Numbered from the whole stretch's first letter, positions 24,221-36,789 are shown. The stretch: 63,975 nucleotides of DNA, filler included, from Salisapilia sapeloensis CBS 127946 (GCA_023334545.1; 10 parts of 10 records of this genome joined end to end with filler, not necessarily neighbours in it), one strand, 5' to 3'. Translations and numbers: made by a program. Notes: generated by a model not told the origin, from the sequence alone.

Positions 24221-24479
24221 GGAGATATCAGTGCAAATGGTGTCAGCGTATATTCAGCTATAAATTGATGTCCTTGTGCTAGATTACCATAGCCCATGCG
24301 ATCTTATTACCTACGAAGATACTTTTCAGAGCTGTGTCGAGCGTGTGTGGAAACTGAGCTTGGTCTTGAAATAGGATGCTTGTCTCTTACTAAGTAGCGA
24401 AGGCACTGACCGTTTCATCTTTGCCTGCAATGACATGCTCGATTGCATGTAGACGAGAGCGGCAGCATGGATACCAGCA
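24221..24479 (-). repeat. Right arm of the 259-bp inverted repeat pair
   Basis: Reverse complement of 11675..11933; truncated by the spacer at the equivalent base. Confidence 0.95.
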
Positions 24480-24579
24480 NNNNNNNNNNNNNNNNNNNNN
24501 NNNNNNNNNNNNNNNNNNNNNNNTTAATTAATTAANNNNNNNNNNNNNNNNNNNNNNNNNNNNNNNNNNNNNNNNNNNN
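24480..24579. other. Artificial contig spacer
   Basis: 44 N + TTAATTAATTAA + 44 N. Confidence 0.98.
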
Positions 24580-24580
24580 C

Positions 24581-26115
24581 AGCAATGTCGCTCTCGATGA
24601 GCATGTCGACGCTCTTATGAGTGTCGACACTGGCCTCGCATCGGCAGACACAACATTGCAGGCAGCGAAAGACACGTCCGAGCTGGATGGATACAACCAG
24701 AGCCTCCCACAACTCAGTGATCTCTTCCCCGACGAGGACAGTGGCGTCAACGATGATCCTTACTTGGATGATCTTATTGACCTCGGACTCCACTCCACAG
24801 CTGAGTCAGTGTTTCCTCTTTTTGCCGACCAGGAACTCGACGCAGCAAATGATCTCGTTAACGACATTAACAACTCAAAGGAAGGAAATGAAATGCCAGT
24901 GCATATGGAACCGGACCAGTACAGAATAGAAAACACAGACCGACCTGTCGAAGTGGATGACAATGTATATCCGAGCACTCTTCCCATCCATTGTACCTCT
25001 GATAACACGTCTGGAGAAGAAGAGGAACCGTCTGAAAACCCACAAGAGCTATCACAAGAGCTGTTGAACAGGACAGAAACACAAGAAGACTCTTTGATCC
25101 ATGGCGCAACTCCTTTAAAACGACGTCGGGAAACGAGTACCGCAGATGATCCACAGCGACATGAACAGAAGCTCTTGCATCACCTCGTGTCCAAGCAACA
25201 GGTGTATCTGGACAACTTTCGAGCCATGCTGTCCCTCGCACCAGTCAACGATGTTGTACGTATGCCTAATGGACAGTCTGTGGTGGCATGTATTAATCTT
25301 CCACGTAGAGAATGGCGTTAATGACACCGATCGAGAGCTACATCCACTTGGGCAAAGACTTTAATCAGCGTCGAGAACAGATATTAGCGATGCGTGAAGA
25401 AAAGTTAGACACGACACGCAAGTATATTGAAGAGAAGGCGAAAGGACTAGATGTGAATCAGCCACATGCGTACTCGGACATGTTTGAACGGTTTGGAAAA
25501 GTGTATTGTGTCAACTTTGCTATCTCCAAGTATGAGGACGTGACGTTAGCCGAGGTTGGTCGAGCCATTTATGATCAGGTGACTGGGTCCGACACGACTT
25601 TAAGCGACGCCATGGGCTGTCTAAGTGTCCGTGAGTCGTACGACAAGATCAACTGTCGCTTCATGCACCAACGGATCGTGACGAAACTCAAGGTCGACCA
25701 TGTGATCACACCAGATATGGAGTCAAACGCTGTTCTATTTGCGACACAAGGAGACGATCAAATGGTTTTAGCAACAGACTATATTGATCATGACGAGCTG
25801 TATCCATACAAGACGAAGGATCATATTCGAAAAGATACATCCAGTGGGTACGTTTCCTTTGCTCTTGAAAAAAAAGGTAAAGGCTGATGATCTGACTTGT
25901 GGGATAGAGTCGTCTTGACACGGCAGGTTGATGCCGACGGACGCGAATCAATCATCATGAAACGGTTTTTAATGACCAAGTTCCACTTGCATACGCACCA
26001 ATTGACGGACGACCAGCATCAATTGCTCTTGTCTCGGATGCCGATTTACGCAGAAACGATGCGAGAGCAACTTACGACGCGGCTGCGACAAGAAAATAGG
26101 GATGTTTCGAGGTAG
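24581..26115 (+). CDS. M96 mating-specific-like family protein (5' possibly truncated); introns 25256..25308 and 25848..25907
   Basis: Frame open from the spacer; PIESYIHLGKDFNQRREQILAMREEKLD, MESNAVLF, DYIDHDELYPY, IRKD motifs shared with 38354..39631 and 39797..40870. Confidence 0.7.
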
Positions 26116-26611
26116 GAAGTCTAGAAAAAGGTGGATGAAACGCCAACAAGTGCATGCGGCAATATTCTGAAGTTACAAATACAGCAGTTTTGTATAGCAC
26201 ACCCATGTACGTTTCTTTTCCTACGCCATCATGTTGCCGTGCGATATGACACGCATCTTGCCAAGTCCTTCGCATCCTCCCAGCTATCCACTGCGAGTCT
26301 ACCTCATATAAAGGATGCTACTCGAGCTTCCGTCTTAACACGTACATGACAATATCCATGTACGACCTGCTGGTCATTACGCAATGGCCTAGGTCGAATT
26401 TCGACATGCATCCTTTCAAGATCCGATGCTTCTGTGGCGTCCATATCGAGACAATCAACGGGGCGTTCCATTTTACAAGCGCTCGAACCTACCGAAGGCG
26501 TCCAAGTATTCCAACCCTCCTCGATCCCTTACCTGAACCGGATACTGGGCCAAGCGTTTTACAGCATAGTCTCGAGTCCAACAGTCACAGTTCTCTCGTC
26601 TTTATACAACT

Positions 26612-27781
26612 ATGAGCACGCAAGAGCAAGTGCTACGTACGGGCGTCTTATTCAAAAAAGGCTCTGGCATGGGTCCGTTCGGCCGAAAGAACTGGAAGCC
26701 ACGGTACTTTGTCTTGACGCCAACACGCCTTCAGTACTATACGTTTGAGAACGGTGAACTCAAGGGTGAAGTCACCCTCCAAGGGTGCGATGAAAGCGTC
26801 ATCGAAGTCATGCCTGCTGATAGCATGAAGACTGGGAGCTCGGCTAGTACCATTTGGCGCATCGCCGTCAATGCTCCTTCCCGTCGCTTCCTCGTCGCGG
26901 CGGCCACCGAGATGGAAATGAACGACTGGGTCGACAAACTCGTCCTTGCATTCCGTATTAATAGTGGTCAGGCTCGACCATCGGCCGTATCCAAGCAGCC
27001 TTCGCAGTCACCTCCCCACTCGTACAGCAGTGACGAGCAACCACGGTCCAATGCTGGTATCACGGACTTTCAAAACTTTACTCACTCATCTCGACGCGCA
27101 GGCAATCACCGCTCGAGTGATGAAGAAGGCTGGGTCTCGTCTCCACACACGCAGATGAATCAGCAGGAAGCGGAGAGACGTCGACAGCAGGAAGAAGAGG
27201 AGGAACAGAGGAGACTGGAAGAGATCGAACGACAGCGTCAGGAGCAACGGGCGGAAGAAGAGAGACAACGTCAGGAGCAGGAGGAGGAAGAACGACAGCG
27301 TCAGGAGCAATGGGCGGAAGAGGAACGACAGCGACAGGAAGAGGAGGACGAGAGGCAGAGAGCGGAGGAAAGTGAACGGCAGGAACAGGAGGAGATGGAG
27401 CGCAAGAGGCTGGAAGCACAGCTTTTAGAGGACGAAGAGCAGAGACGAGAGGAGCAGTTGGCTCGACAGAGACGACTGAAGAAGGAGAAGCATGATCGAG
27501 AGCGACAGGAACGAGTGGCGGAAGAAGAGAGGCGAGCACAGGAGATGCTGCAGCAACAGTTTGACGAAAGTAGTGAGGACGAAGTGCCTCGATCGTCTTT
27601 GATTGATGACGCCAAGCGAGATGCAATGCGGAAGAAGCAGGCGACGCATGCACAGCGTCGGGAAGCAGCGTTGGAAGAGCAGAAGACATCCGATGGGATG
27701 CAGCATCTGCATATTGCGCCGGAACAGAGAGAAGTGGAAATTGTGCGCCGTGCACCTTCGGAGAGGGAGGTTGCGCTGTAA
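26612..27781 (+). CDS. PH-domain protein with E/R/Q-rich helical region
   Basis: RTGVLFKKGS..NWKPRYFVL..LQYY..AATEMEMNDWVDKL PH signature; ERQRQEQ repeats downstream. Confidence 0.85.
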   Translation: MSTQEQVLRTGVLFKKGSGMGPFGRKNWKPRYFVLTPTRLQYYTFENGELKGEVTLQGCDESVIEVMPADSMKTGSSASTIWRIAVNAPSRRFLVAAATEMEMNDWVDKLVLAFRINSGQARPSAVSKQPSQSPPHSYSSDEQPRSNAGITDFQNFTHSSRRAGNHRSSDEEGWVSSPHTQMNQQEAERRRQQEEEEEQRRLEEIERQRQEQRAEEERQRQEQEEEERQRQEQWAEEERQRQEEEDERQRAEESERQEQEEMERKRLEAQLLEDEEQRREEQLARQRRLKKEKHDRERQERVAEEERRAQEMLQQQFDESSEDEVPRSSLIDDAKRDAMRKKQATHAQRREAALEEQKTSDGMQHLHIAPEQREVEIVRRAPSEREVAL

Positions 27782-28454
27782 CGAGAAGCTAAAGTAATCT
27801 TTTTTGGACAAGTATGTCTTTGCATATGAATTCAGTAGCAAGTTGGATATGAATCGACAAGGACGTTTATTGGACATGAGAGACTCTAAATACTTTTGTA
27901 GGTTTTGACGGAGGATTTGATATCGTTGGAGATACTGACATGTTTCTCTTTGCTTCTTATGGACGTGGTCTGCTTCGGTTGGAGATTCGGTACGTGCATA
28001 GCATAGGGAATTAACAGATCGGAGAAGACTTGCTGATTCGAATGCGTTGGTCGAAATGTTAAAACAAAGAAAGTTTGGATAGATGAGAAAGTGGGAGTAG
28101 GAACTGGTGTTTGTGTCTAAGTAATCGGTATTTTAGCTATTTGAGACCCACTCGGAATGAATCATCTACAGCACTTTGTATGATTTGGCATGAATGGTAA
28201 TCTAGCGTTGATAAGGTTGGAAGTGGCATGGAGATTGGAGCAGGGTCAAGCTGTAGTAGGATTTGCTTTATTACGTCAAAGACCATCCTGCCTAGATTTT
28301 TAGCGATCACCATTCGCGCAGAGCAAGTCTATCTATCCGTTTGCTAAGGTTAGAGATGAACAAAACGTACTACCAGCGAATGCAAATTCTGAAGTGCAGC
28401 TTCACTGCAGTTTCAGTATCACGGTTCTCCTTCTTTCGTAGTTACTAGAGTGAT

Positions 28455-29968
28455 CTAGTCATCCAGTCGAAGTCGCTGCTCAGTCATCTTCAGCCATGCC
28501 AACTGCCAATCACGCTCTTGATCTTTCAGATCAAATTCGGATATGCTACCCCTCCATACGTTTTCAATGAAAATCTCCAACTCCTCTTCACCGTCCCCAG
28601 CATCTCGTTCGACAGTGCCTTCGTAAGAGGATCCTTGTTTGGATTCCGTTATGTGGACAGTATCACTGGACGACGTCAATTCGGCAAAGGCATTCAGGGA
28701 GTCTTCAACTGACGCATCAAGTTGTTTGAAATCCAACTTGTAGACTTCGCCGGCGTATGATCCTTTGCTTATCAATGTGCTAGGTCCTTCTGTCAGCTGT
28801 GAGATCTTGGACTGCTCAACAAGAGTGGATACACTTCCTTCTTCATACCTCCCAGCCATAATTTCTTACTGACCAACATCGTACGAATTGACTTTGTTGA
28901 TATCTTGGTCGCAAGTGGAGCAAAGATCTACCTTCTTCGTTTTCAACTTCAATCGAGGGACGACGTCAAGTAGTTCGATAGGAAGAACACACTTCCCACA
29001 GACAAAAGAATCACATAAAGTGCAAGGGCAAGCCTTACGCAAGGAACCAAATTGCTTTTTGCAACATTGTCATTCGAACTTGCTTTCCACTTCGTTCATG
29101 CGAATAAAGCGCATGACATCATCCTTGTTTACACTTTTCCTCTCAAGAAGCCACCATAACTTCTTTCGCTTTGCACAATAAGCCGATGTCCAATTGTCCA
29201 TAAGCGCGCCTGCCAAGGTGACCATACCGATCAAATCAAGTATTTCAATCCCAGACATTTCATGATATGCTTTCGTAAACACTTCGACCGATCGATCTGA
29301 CGTCGGCTTGAAAAGCACACAGGATGATATACGTGGTCGTACGCTTCTTTGACCTGCAAGCGGAGGAGTAGATGGTAAGTCGACTGAGTGCATGAGATTA
29401 TATCCAACGCGTTCGTCTTTGCCAAGTTGGAGGATTTCAGTCGCTCGAATGTAAATTGCATCTCGATCTTTAATAAAACCTCGGAGTGCTGGACTTGGAC
29501 TGCCAGCATTCCATTGGAGAACAGTACAACGATACGGACGCTCGAGTGTTGGTTTCTCAATCGTCGAGAGAATCTGGGCATTCATCACTGGTTGCCCAGA
29601 GTAACCCACATTTTGCAACAGTGCTGCTTCGTCACCGATAACTAGACCATATAAGAGGTCATCGATACTACTTGCGATCGTCCCATTGCCCGCAATGACA
29701 AAAGGCATTTGCCAGCCTGCGCTGTCAGTGTATGAATCTTTTACCACACGTCGTGACGGGTTTCGCTCACGATACATAGGCACATTCTTGGATTTCTTGA
29801 TCGGTTTCCAGCATTTGCTGTCCATCTCTCGAGGTTCCGATTGATCAAACTTTTGATATTGTTGAAGTGCTTCGTGAACGAGGATCATCGCAATACGCTT
29901 ACAGTCAGCCTTTTTGCTTCCGAGAGGGTAAAGCCTTCATACGCGTCTGCAGTCCGTTGTGTTGACAT
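28455..29968 (-). pseudogene. START-like + FYVE-like family pseudogene, copy 2
   Basis: ATG 29968 needs a 1-nt frameshift in an A run near 29912; TGA at 29070 replaces the first finger Cys; TAA near 28868; tail ORF 28455..28859 ends QLAWLKMTEQRLR. Confidence 0.75.
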
Positions 29969-32899
29969 GGGTTCAAATAGAGTACTTGCCTGCTCGTTTG
30001 ATATTGACACGAAGATGCACTGCTAATGCTTTTGGTGGAGACAATACGGTGGGAATTGCTACTTGCATGCTTTAGATACCACCCTTCTGTCGCGTTTGGA
30101 ATGCATTGGACCAGGTATGGCAACGTACCTCGGACAGAAAAGCGAGCAATGTAGTTGAACGCTCGGTGGGCTGTGATAGCCCGAACGTATTATTATTCTG
30201 TGTCTGCTTCGATGTCACATGAGTAAGTGGGGTCGGCCAAATGCATCACAATCGGTGCTCAAATGACTCATGTCGATGGATCTAAATGCTAAGCACACAA
30301 AATCACAGCATATTTGCCAATTGACGCGTTTCTGCTCCTTAATTGCAGCTGTCTTTGTAACTTCCAAGGGAATATGATGGAGTCCCACCCTCGAGCTACT
30401 AGTAACGTAGCTCGCGCTGTAATCAGACTGTTTGAAATGCGTTCCCCCGAATAATTTGCGTTTTGTATACTGCGATCAACGAAATGGCGGGATATGTCAA
30501 AGGACAAAAGATGTATCTGTAACCGACGTTGACCCATGTTTTCTAGACCGATGGCTTTATTCCTCAGCAGTCGAGTAGCCATGATTTATATTGTGCCATT
30601 GGAGACTGTCAAGTTCGTGGATTGGACGATACACTCGGAACAAATCGTTGTGTGGGTGCTAATATACATAAAAGGTGGATCTGTTGCTATCAAGCGTCAA
30701 TGTTGAGCTAGGAAGCAATAAACTTTTTTAATCACAAAATACAGACTCTACTGCTGTGCCCACACATTATAAGTATATATGAATATATACAGAACATTGC
30801 GCAATGCAGGTCGATCGGATATTGGTATTGCGGGCACTTAAGAGCTATGTGCTCGACAGCTAGTCGTAACTTTAATCCTTCAGTCTTTACTGATTAGCGT
30901 GTAGTACATTTGGTATACTCTGACACACTTAAAATGCGTAGCACGCTCAAAGCTTTAGCATCGAGTAAATTAAGAAGATAGAGTTATCGGTAATCTAGAC
31001 ACAAGTACATCTCGATTTTCCCCTTTGAAAGGGTTTAAGATTTGATTAAAACGCTTTGATCTCATACTTCGTAGACAAACCATATTTGTCTTTTTCCAAC
31101 TAAGTATACATCTTAGATGCCGTCTATCTTGCACATCTACTACATGAACTATTTGTTTGCTGCGCGGATCATGAAATTGGAAATACCCGATACTAACACG
31201 TACAGTCGTGAGATTTGATGTTGATATATCTTAATGAGTGTGCAGGTAAAAGGTCAATGTACACTTTAGATCTTTTTCTCTATTATCGGAAGCTTTGCTT
31301 GAGTTGGGTTGTTTCATCGGATATCTCGGCAGCTTAGACATTTCTGGTGAGAATGAGCTGTCCTTTTATCTTTCTAAGTCGTTGTTTAGACACATGTAGG
31401 ATATTAATAGAAACGGCTCTTTGTGTATGCTGTACTTGACCATAAATATCCCATCGCTGAGCTGATATACTTTCGCCTCACACTCTAGGATTCTTTGGTA
31501 CACATCTTGCTTAGAGCTTACCATACTTGCATCGAGGCTCAGGTGTATATTTTGTAAATTTGATTCTGAATGTGTAGCCTCGGCTAGCTTCGTTTTTATG
31601 AACTTACCTCTACATGCTTTGGAACTGCATAATCAAACGCCTGTGTGGACTGATGCGCCTTAGAACGCATGGCAAAATTGTATTTGTTTACATTATAGCA
31701 AGATCTCTACCGGATAAAAAGTGGCATGATTGTCCAACTGACTATCTTCATGGCGCATTTATAAAACTAGAGGATAAACACTATAGCGACCATGATGTAC
31801 AATACTAACGCGTAATAGACGAGTAATGAAAACCCGAAGGTACTGCTCGAGTGCTTCACGAATGCGTACCAATTTATCGCTATCTTCAGATCGTAGACTG
31901 AGCAGTGATTTAACTTCAATTGGACAAGCTAGCCGAACTTCGTCGTTGCTATGTTGTGCGTTGTTGCGCTAGAAGTCATCAGTTTCAAATGCGTTGCGTC
32001 TGCACAATTTCCCAAAGAAAGCAGTTTGCAGTATAAAAGTTGTGGAAACAAACTATGAATCAATAATCCCTTTCTACCAATCTTGTAGATCCTGGTGATC
32101 GAACTATTTAGCTCATAAATCATGTCGCAATAAATGGCTTGAAATCGAGCGCTTTGGAAGCATAACAAGCATACGAGTAGCATTTGATAGCCTAGAACAA
32201 AGCCCAAGTGGTGCGATAGATCGAAACGGAGTTTCCACCTTAAACCATTGCAGTAAAGAATAGCTCCTATGGAAACATTTATGATATATTTTATCAAGTG
32301 TAGCGAAAGCTTTGCTATATCACTTTTATGTCGCCATCTTCAACTGGGGTGTCTGGCCGCTTGAAACATTCGAATCGAATACCCTTGCGGATCCTGTCGC
32401 CAATAAGCGAAGAACACGTTGGTGGTAGGATTTATGTTCAAGACGAATTTTGACATTCATAGGATTAATGTGCTAGGTAGCTATGCACGACTATAAAAGC
32501 TTTTAAATTAAAAAGCTGAAGTCAGATAATCCGGAAACCTTGTTGGAACTATCTTGAGGTGGGTTTTGTGGTACCGAAGATGTATTGCGCCGTCCCTCAA
32601 AACAAGCTCATTCGATGTCGGAAATTTTCCATCTGTATCAGCGAATCTGTCAGTATACTTCATCCAAGTACTTTCAGAACTGCAGGTAGTCAGGCGGTAG
32701 GGGGTAAGATGCTCTGGCCAGGATTGAAGATAGGTTCCTTGAAGTTATTCTGTCAACATACAAAGCACCAGGTAAAAATAAATACTGTGAAACTTCTTTA
32801 GAAGATGATATAAGACGATCCTTTACGATACAAACCCATAATTTACGAGAGCGCTGGTATCATATAATCTAAAAGTTCGGTAATTGTACGGGAACCCAA

Positions 32900-34183
32900 A
32901 TGGGCGCAATCGAGGTACTTTTTGCTTGGAAGAGTTCGGACGCCGCTATCGGTGGGATGGCGGAGTTCCAGTCGCGAAAAAGACAAGAGAGAGCGCTCCC
33001 GGTCGAAATGCAATACCCGTTCAATGTCGCTGTCGACTTTACGCAGTTACAGGTAGAGTTATGCTTGGATCATGATCATGCGTCATAGCCATGCCAGTCT
33101 GATTCCCCCTTTGCTACGACACAGCCAACAGCATTGCGACGTTACTTGGCCTACTACAATTTGGAAGCACCGCCTGGTGGTTCCCAGGAAGACCTTGCCG
33201 TCACGGTTGCCCGGTATACTTATTTGATATGGAATGTCCTACCGTCGCTAAAGCATTGTATAGTCACTTTAACAACGAATGCCAACGCACTGATGAAGAG
33301 TCTAGCATCGGTTACTTTATCTCTTACGTACGTGATCCAGATCTGCCCAGTGTATCATCTACTAACGCGAATCTACAGTTACGAGCATCCCAAGGAGATG
33401 TAGAAACTTCTCATGACATCGTGACTCGACTACAGCAACGAACAGAGGTACAACCGATCCATTGGAGTTCAGATATTGACAATGCATCCGTGGAAGAAGA
33501 ACCGACCATTCGGCATGAACTGGACGAAGCGATACGTCGACATCAAGTGGAAGAATTGGAGCATAGTAAACGCAAGAGACTGGAAGACGAAGACGACGAT
33601 TCGAAGGACTCGAAACGTAAGAAGCGTCGTCCGAGATTGTACTGCGTTTGTCATGGACACAGCTTTGGCGCTATGATTGCGTGCGACAACAAAAAGTGTC
33701 AAGATCGATCGAATTGGTACCACATGACATGCGTCAACCTGGATCCGTCGGAACCACCTCCAGACACTTGGTACTGCCCATCCTGCCAGCGTCACGATGA
33801 CGTGGATATCCCAGAGAATCGTACAATCTCTTTCCATACCACCATCTAGTTTGCATGCATCATCTATGGCATAGAGTATCGGAAACCCGTGGCAAGTGTT
33901 ACCTACGGCGACATGATTTCCCATGCGTTGGCCGTGTTGCCGGAAGGAAAGGTATCGTATCTTGCTCTGACTATACCACCAGCATCTAAGCACCGCCTAG
34001 GCAACGTTCAAGGAAATCTGTGATTTCGTCGAACAAGAGTATGAAAGTCAACTGAATTGGAAATTGGAGAGTGATCAGCGCAAGTCTCCCGTGTGGAAGT
34101 CGAGCGTTCGAAAGATTCTCTTCTCGAACGTCCGCTTCCGGAAACACCCCGAAGGCAAAGGTCTCTTCTGCCTTGCAGCTTAA
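32900..34183 (+). CDS. SAP30 Sin3-binding-like + ING-type PHD finger + forkhead-like winged-helix protein; predicted join(32900..33052,33125..33213,33264..33327,33379..33820,33875..33951,34001..34183)
   Basis: VDFTQLQ|PTALRRYLAYYNL..DLAVTVAR|HF..ESSIGYFISY (SAP30 C-terminal pattern); LYCVCHGHSFGAMIACDN..WYHMTCV..WYCPSC (PHD); last exons KPVASVTYGDMISHALAVLPEGK|ATFKEICDFV..VWKSSVRKILFSNVRF. All introns GT-AG, 49-72 bp; alternative start ATG 32957. Confidence 0.75.
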
Positions 34184-34250
34184 GTTCAATGTCAACGTCC
34201 AAGTTTGTTTCATCTTTTAGCTAGATTTTTGCATCTCACGAGCTTAGTCT

Positions 34251-34760
34251 CTACTGCGCTTTCGGGTCCAAGTCCGGCATATCTTCATCGTCGCTGTCGC
34301 CTTGACCACCCATCATACCGGCCTGTTGCGCAGCCATCATCTGCTGAATGTCGAAGCCTTCTCCGCCACCGAGAGCGCTCATATCAAAGCCAGGCTGCTC
34401 CTCCTCTTCGTCTTCATCCACATACTTGTTCCAGTCGACGCTGACGTTGGTTTTCTCCAAGTGCTTGTCAGCCAAGAGACGCGGCCAGAACTCCCCCTCT
34501 GTGTCCTTCTTCTTGATGTAGAAGTGGAGATTACGCTCCTTCTTTGCCCACTTGCTCTCGGCGTTCTCGGCGTCCACTTGCGCATAAAATTCGAGCTTGA
34601 CTTCATACTGCTTGCCATTGCTCTCGCCTGCGAACGTCAAGAGTTTGTCCGTAAGCGACACCTTCTCGTTCTTCACGTCCGGCAAGTCGATCGTCACATA
34701 CAATGCGTCTTTACGCTGCGCCCACTTAATAGGCGCCCATAATGTCTTCTCTTCGCTCAT
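34251..34760 (-). CDS. PTGES3: Hsp90 co-chaperone p23 (CS domain)
   Basis: WAPIKWAQRKDALYVTI, FWPRLL, VSVDWNKYVDEDEE, acidic GGM tail ending DDEDMPDL. Confidence 0.93.
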   Translation of the reverse strand: MSEEKTLWAPIKWAQRKDALYVTIDLPDVKNEKVSLTDKLLTFAGESNGKQYEVKLEFYAQVDAENAESKWAKKERNLHFYIKKKDTEGEFWPRLLADKHLEKTNVSVDWNKYVDEDEEEEQPGFDMSALGGGEGFDIQQMMAAQQAGMMGGQGDSDDEDMPDLDPKAQ

Positions 34761-34943
34761 ATTTGTCTTGTTGGATTCGATTCTTTTGATCTGGAACGTC
34801 AAAGGCCACTCGCGCCACCCGATAAAGTACGAGGATACGAATTATCTCGAAAAGAATTAGCAGGCTTTTTCCAAATGTGGAGGCTAATTTACTACTTCTT
34901 CCACAAGTGGTACGAAAGTGTCAAAAGTGGATGTATTAGACAT

Positions 34944-35499
34944 TCAATCCACAAGGGTCGTGGACCAGTGGCGAAAGAGAGCTTCTCGTTGCTCTTGGCA
35001 ACGTGCTACTTTGCGTGAGAGATAGTCTTGGATGGCCGACTCGGACATGATGGGAAAGGTATCGATGGCGAAACTAGTGTTTTCACTTGGCCCCGGGCCA
35101 TCTCGCTTGGAATCAAGGACGAGTACTTGGTACGTTTCGATGGGTTCTTGACTGGCAAAGTATGGAGAAGCAAGCGAAAGTTGTAGATGCAAGGCTTTAT
35201 GGAAACGTGCCATCTATCATACAGTTGTTGGATGGTTTTATGATATTGGATAGATTGTAGGATAGACCTCGCTCGCAGCAGTATGAATCGAATGAAGAGA
35301 TAGTGATGAGTAGACACCAGAATCGGAGAGTTGCTGTAGTTCTCGTACAACGTACTACCACACAAACATGAGAGGTCAAGATCATAGCAAGCAAAAGATA
35401 AAGATACATTTGCAGCGTCGATGACGAGAGGATGGTCCGTCGGCTTTTCACTTCGCTCTGGTAGATAGAATCCTGTCGGGTCAATGTAGACCATTGCAT
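34944..35499 (-). CDS. Hypothetical multi-exon protein (exon structure unresolved)
   Basis: ORF 34944..35213 (SFAIDTFPIMSESAIQDY) and overlapping ORF 35197..35499 look like spliced coding pieces in a gene-dense block. Confidence 0.45.
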
Positions 35500-35745
35500 T
35501 TGCAGCGCTTGCCCATCGACATTTTATCCAAAAATGCAACTGTAGTAATACACACAGGATAGACACAGACAAATGCATCTTGATCTTCTCCTAACTCGAT
35601 TCCAGCAGTTAAAGATCGCAGCTAATTCCTACGTGTAACCTACATTTTGTCCCACAAAACAGAACTAAAATACCACTTCGAAGTTATGGACATGTAGATG
35701 GTAGAACTTGTGTCATCGGTGCTGTATTTGCATAGAATCTATCGT

Positions 35746-36789
35746 CTACTGAGTATTCCACAGATCTTTTAAACTAAATCCATCCGGCAGACTTTCAATG
35801 GCGAGTCCGAGCTCGTTCGAGTAGACTGGTGGTCGGTCCTGGTTCTTGTCGATGGCAGCATAATACGCTGCAAAGGCGTCTAACGATCCAGTATGACTCT
35901 CTTCAATCTCGACATCGTCGATACGACGAGGCTGCTTTACCACTTCTATCGGCTGTGGTGTCTCCTCCATTTCGTACTCGACACCGTAGACTGGATTGTT
36001 GTAAAAGATTTCATGCAGCTTCTGTATTTCCTGAAACAATTCATGTAGTCTCTCTTCCGGATCCACTCGGAAACCTAGGATGTAGCCACCACTTTGCGAA
36101 GTCGTCTCCAACACCAGTGCTGGCCCGAACTTGGACGAACGGACTCGACCACGACAAATTTGCATGTACGGAATGCTGACGTTAAAATTCTCAGCTAACG
36201 TCGCATGCCACACAACACGCACGTTGGTGATGAAGAACGTACCGAGGTTACCTTGGTCGGACGCTAGATTCCAGACACCTTGTAGTCTCGTGTATACTTG
36301 CTCTTTCGGTAGTAGAGCTAGCTGCTTTTCTTTCACAATGGCACCACGAAGCTTTAGATCTCTATATAGTTTGGATGTTTCGTAGGCACGAAAGACAGCT
36401 TGGACAGTCGTGAATAGACGAGGACTCTGCTTGACGAGACTTGTGAAAATGAACTCGAATCGACTTTCTCCAAACTTGGTTAAAAGGAATAGCGCTTGCG
36501 TCATACCTCCACTCAGTTTGGATGTCGCTGTTCGGATTTTGATATTTAAAATGCAATTGTACCCGATCGTCAAATTCGTTCGAAGAGATTTATGGGATGC
36601 CCACATAATACGTAGGTTGGTAATTTCGAGTGACCCTCGCTCTCCGTTATTCCCTTTCGTGTCTTCCACCGAGTTAATAGCGTCAATCATTTTTTCACCA
36701 GGACGAAGCTCCAACGCAGATCCGGGTACATCGAATCGAATTTCCCGGTCTTGCCACGTAGCACCATTGCGCGATGCTTCGAGCTCCAT
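35746..36789 (-). CDS. BBS5: Bardet-Biedl syndrome 5 protein (BBSome)
   Basis: [43 protein letters not shown]-like [60 protein letters not shown]. Confidence 0.97.
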   Translation of the reverse strand: MELEASRNGATWQDREIRFDVPGSALELRPGEKMIDAINSVEDTKGNNGERGSLEITNLRIMWASHKSLRTNLTIGYNCILNIKIRTATSKLSGGMTQALFLLTKFGESRFEFIFTSLVKQSPRLFTTVQAVFRAYETSKLYRDLKLRGAIVKEKQLALLPKEQVYTRLQGVWNLASDQGNLGTFFITNVRVVWHATLAENFNVSIPYMQICRGRVRSSKFGPALVLETTSQSGGYILGFRVDPEERLHELFQEIQKLHEIFYNNPVYGVEYEMEETPQPIEVVKQPRRIDDVEIEESHTGSLDAFAAYYAAIDKNQDRPPVYSNELGLAIESLPDGFSLKDLWNTQ

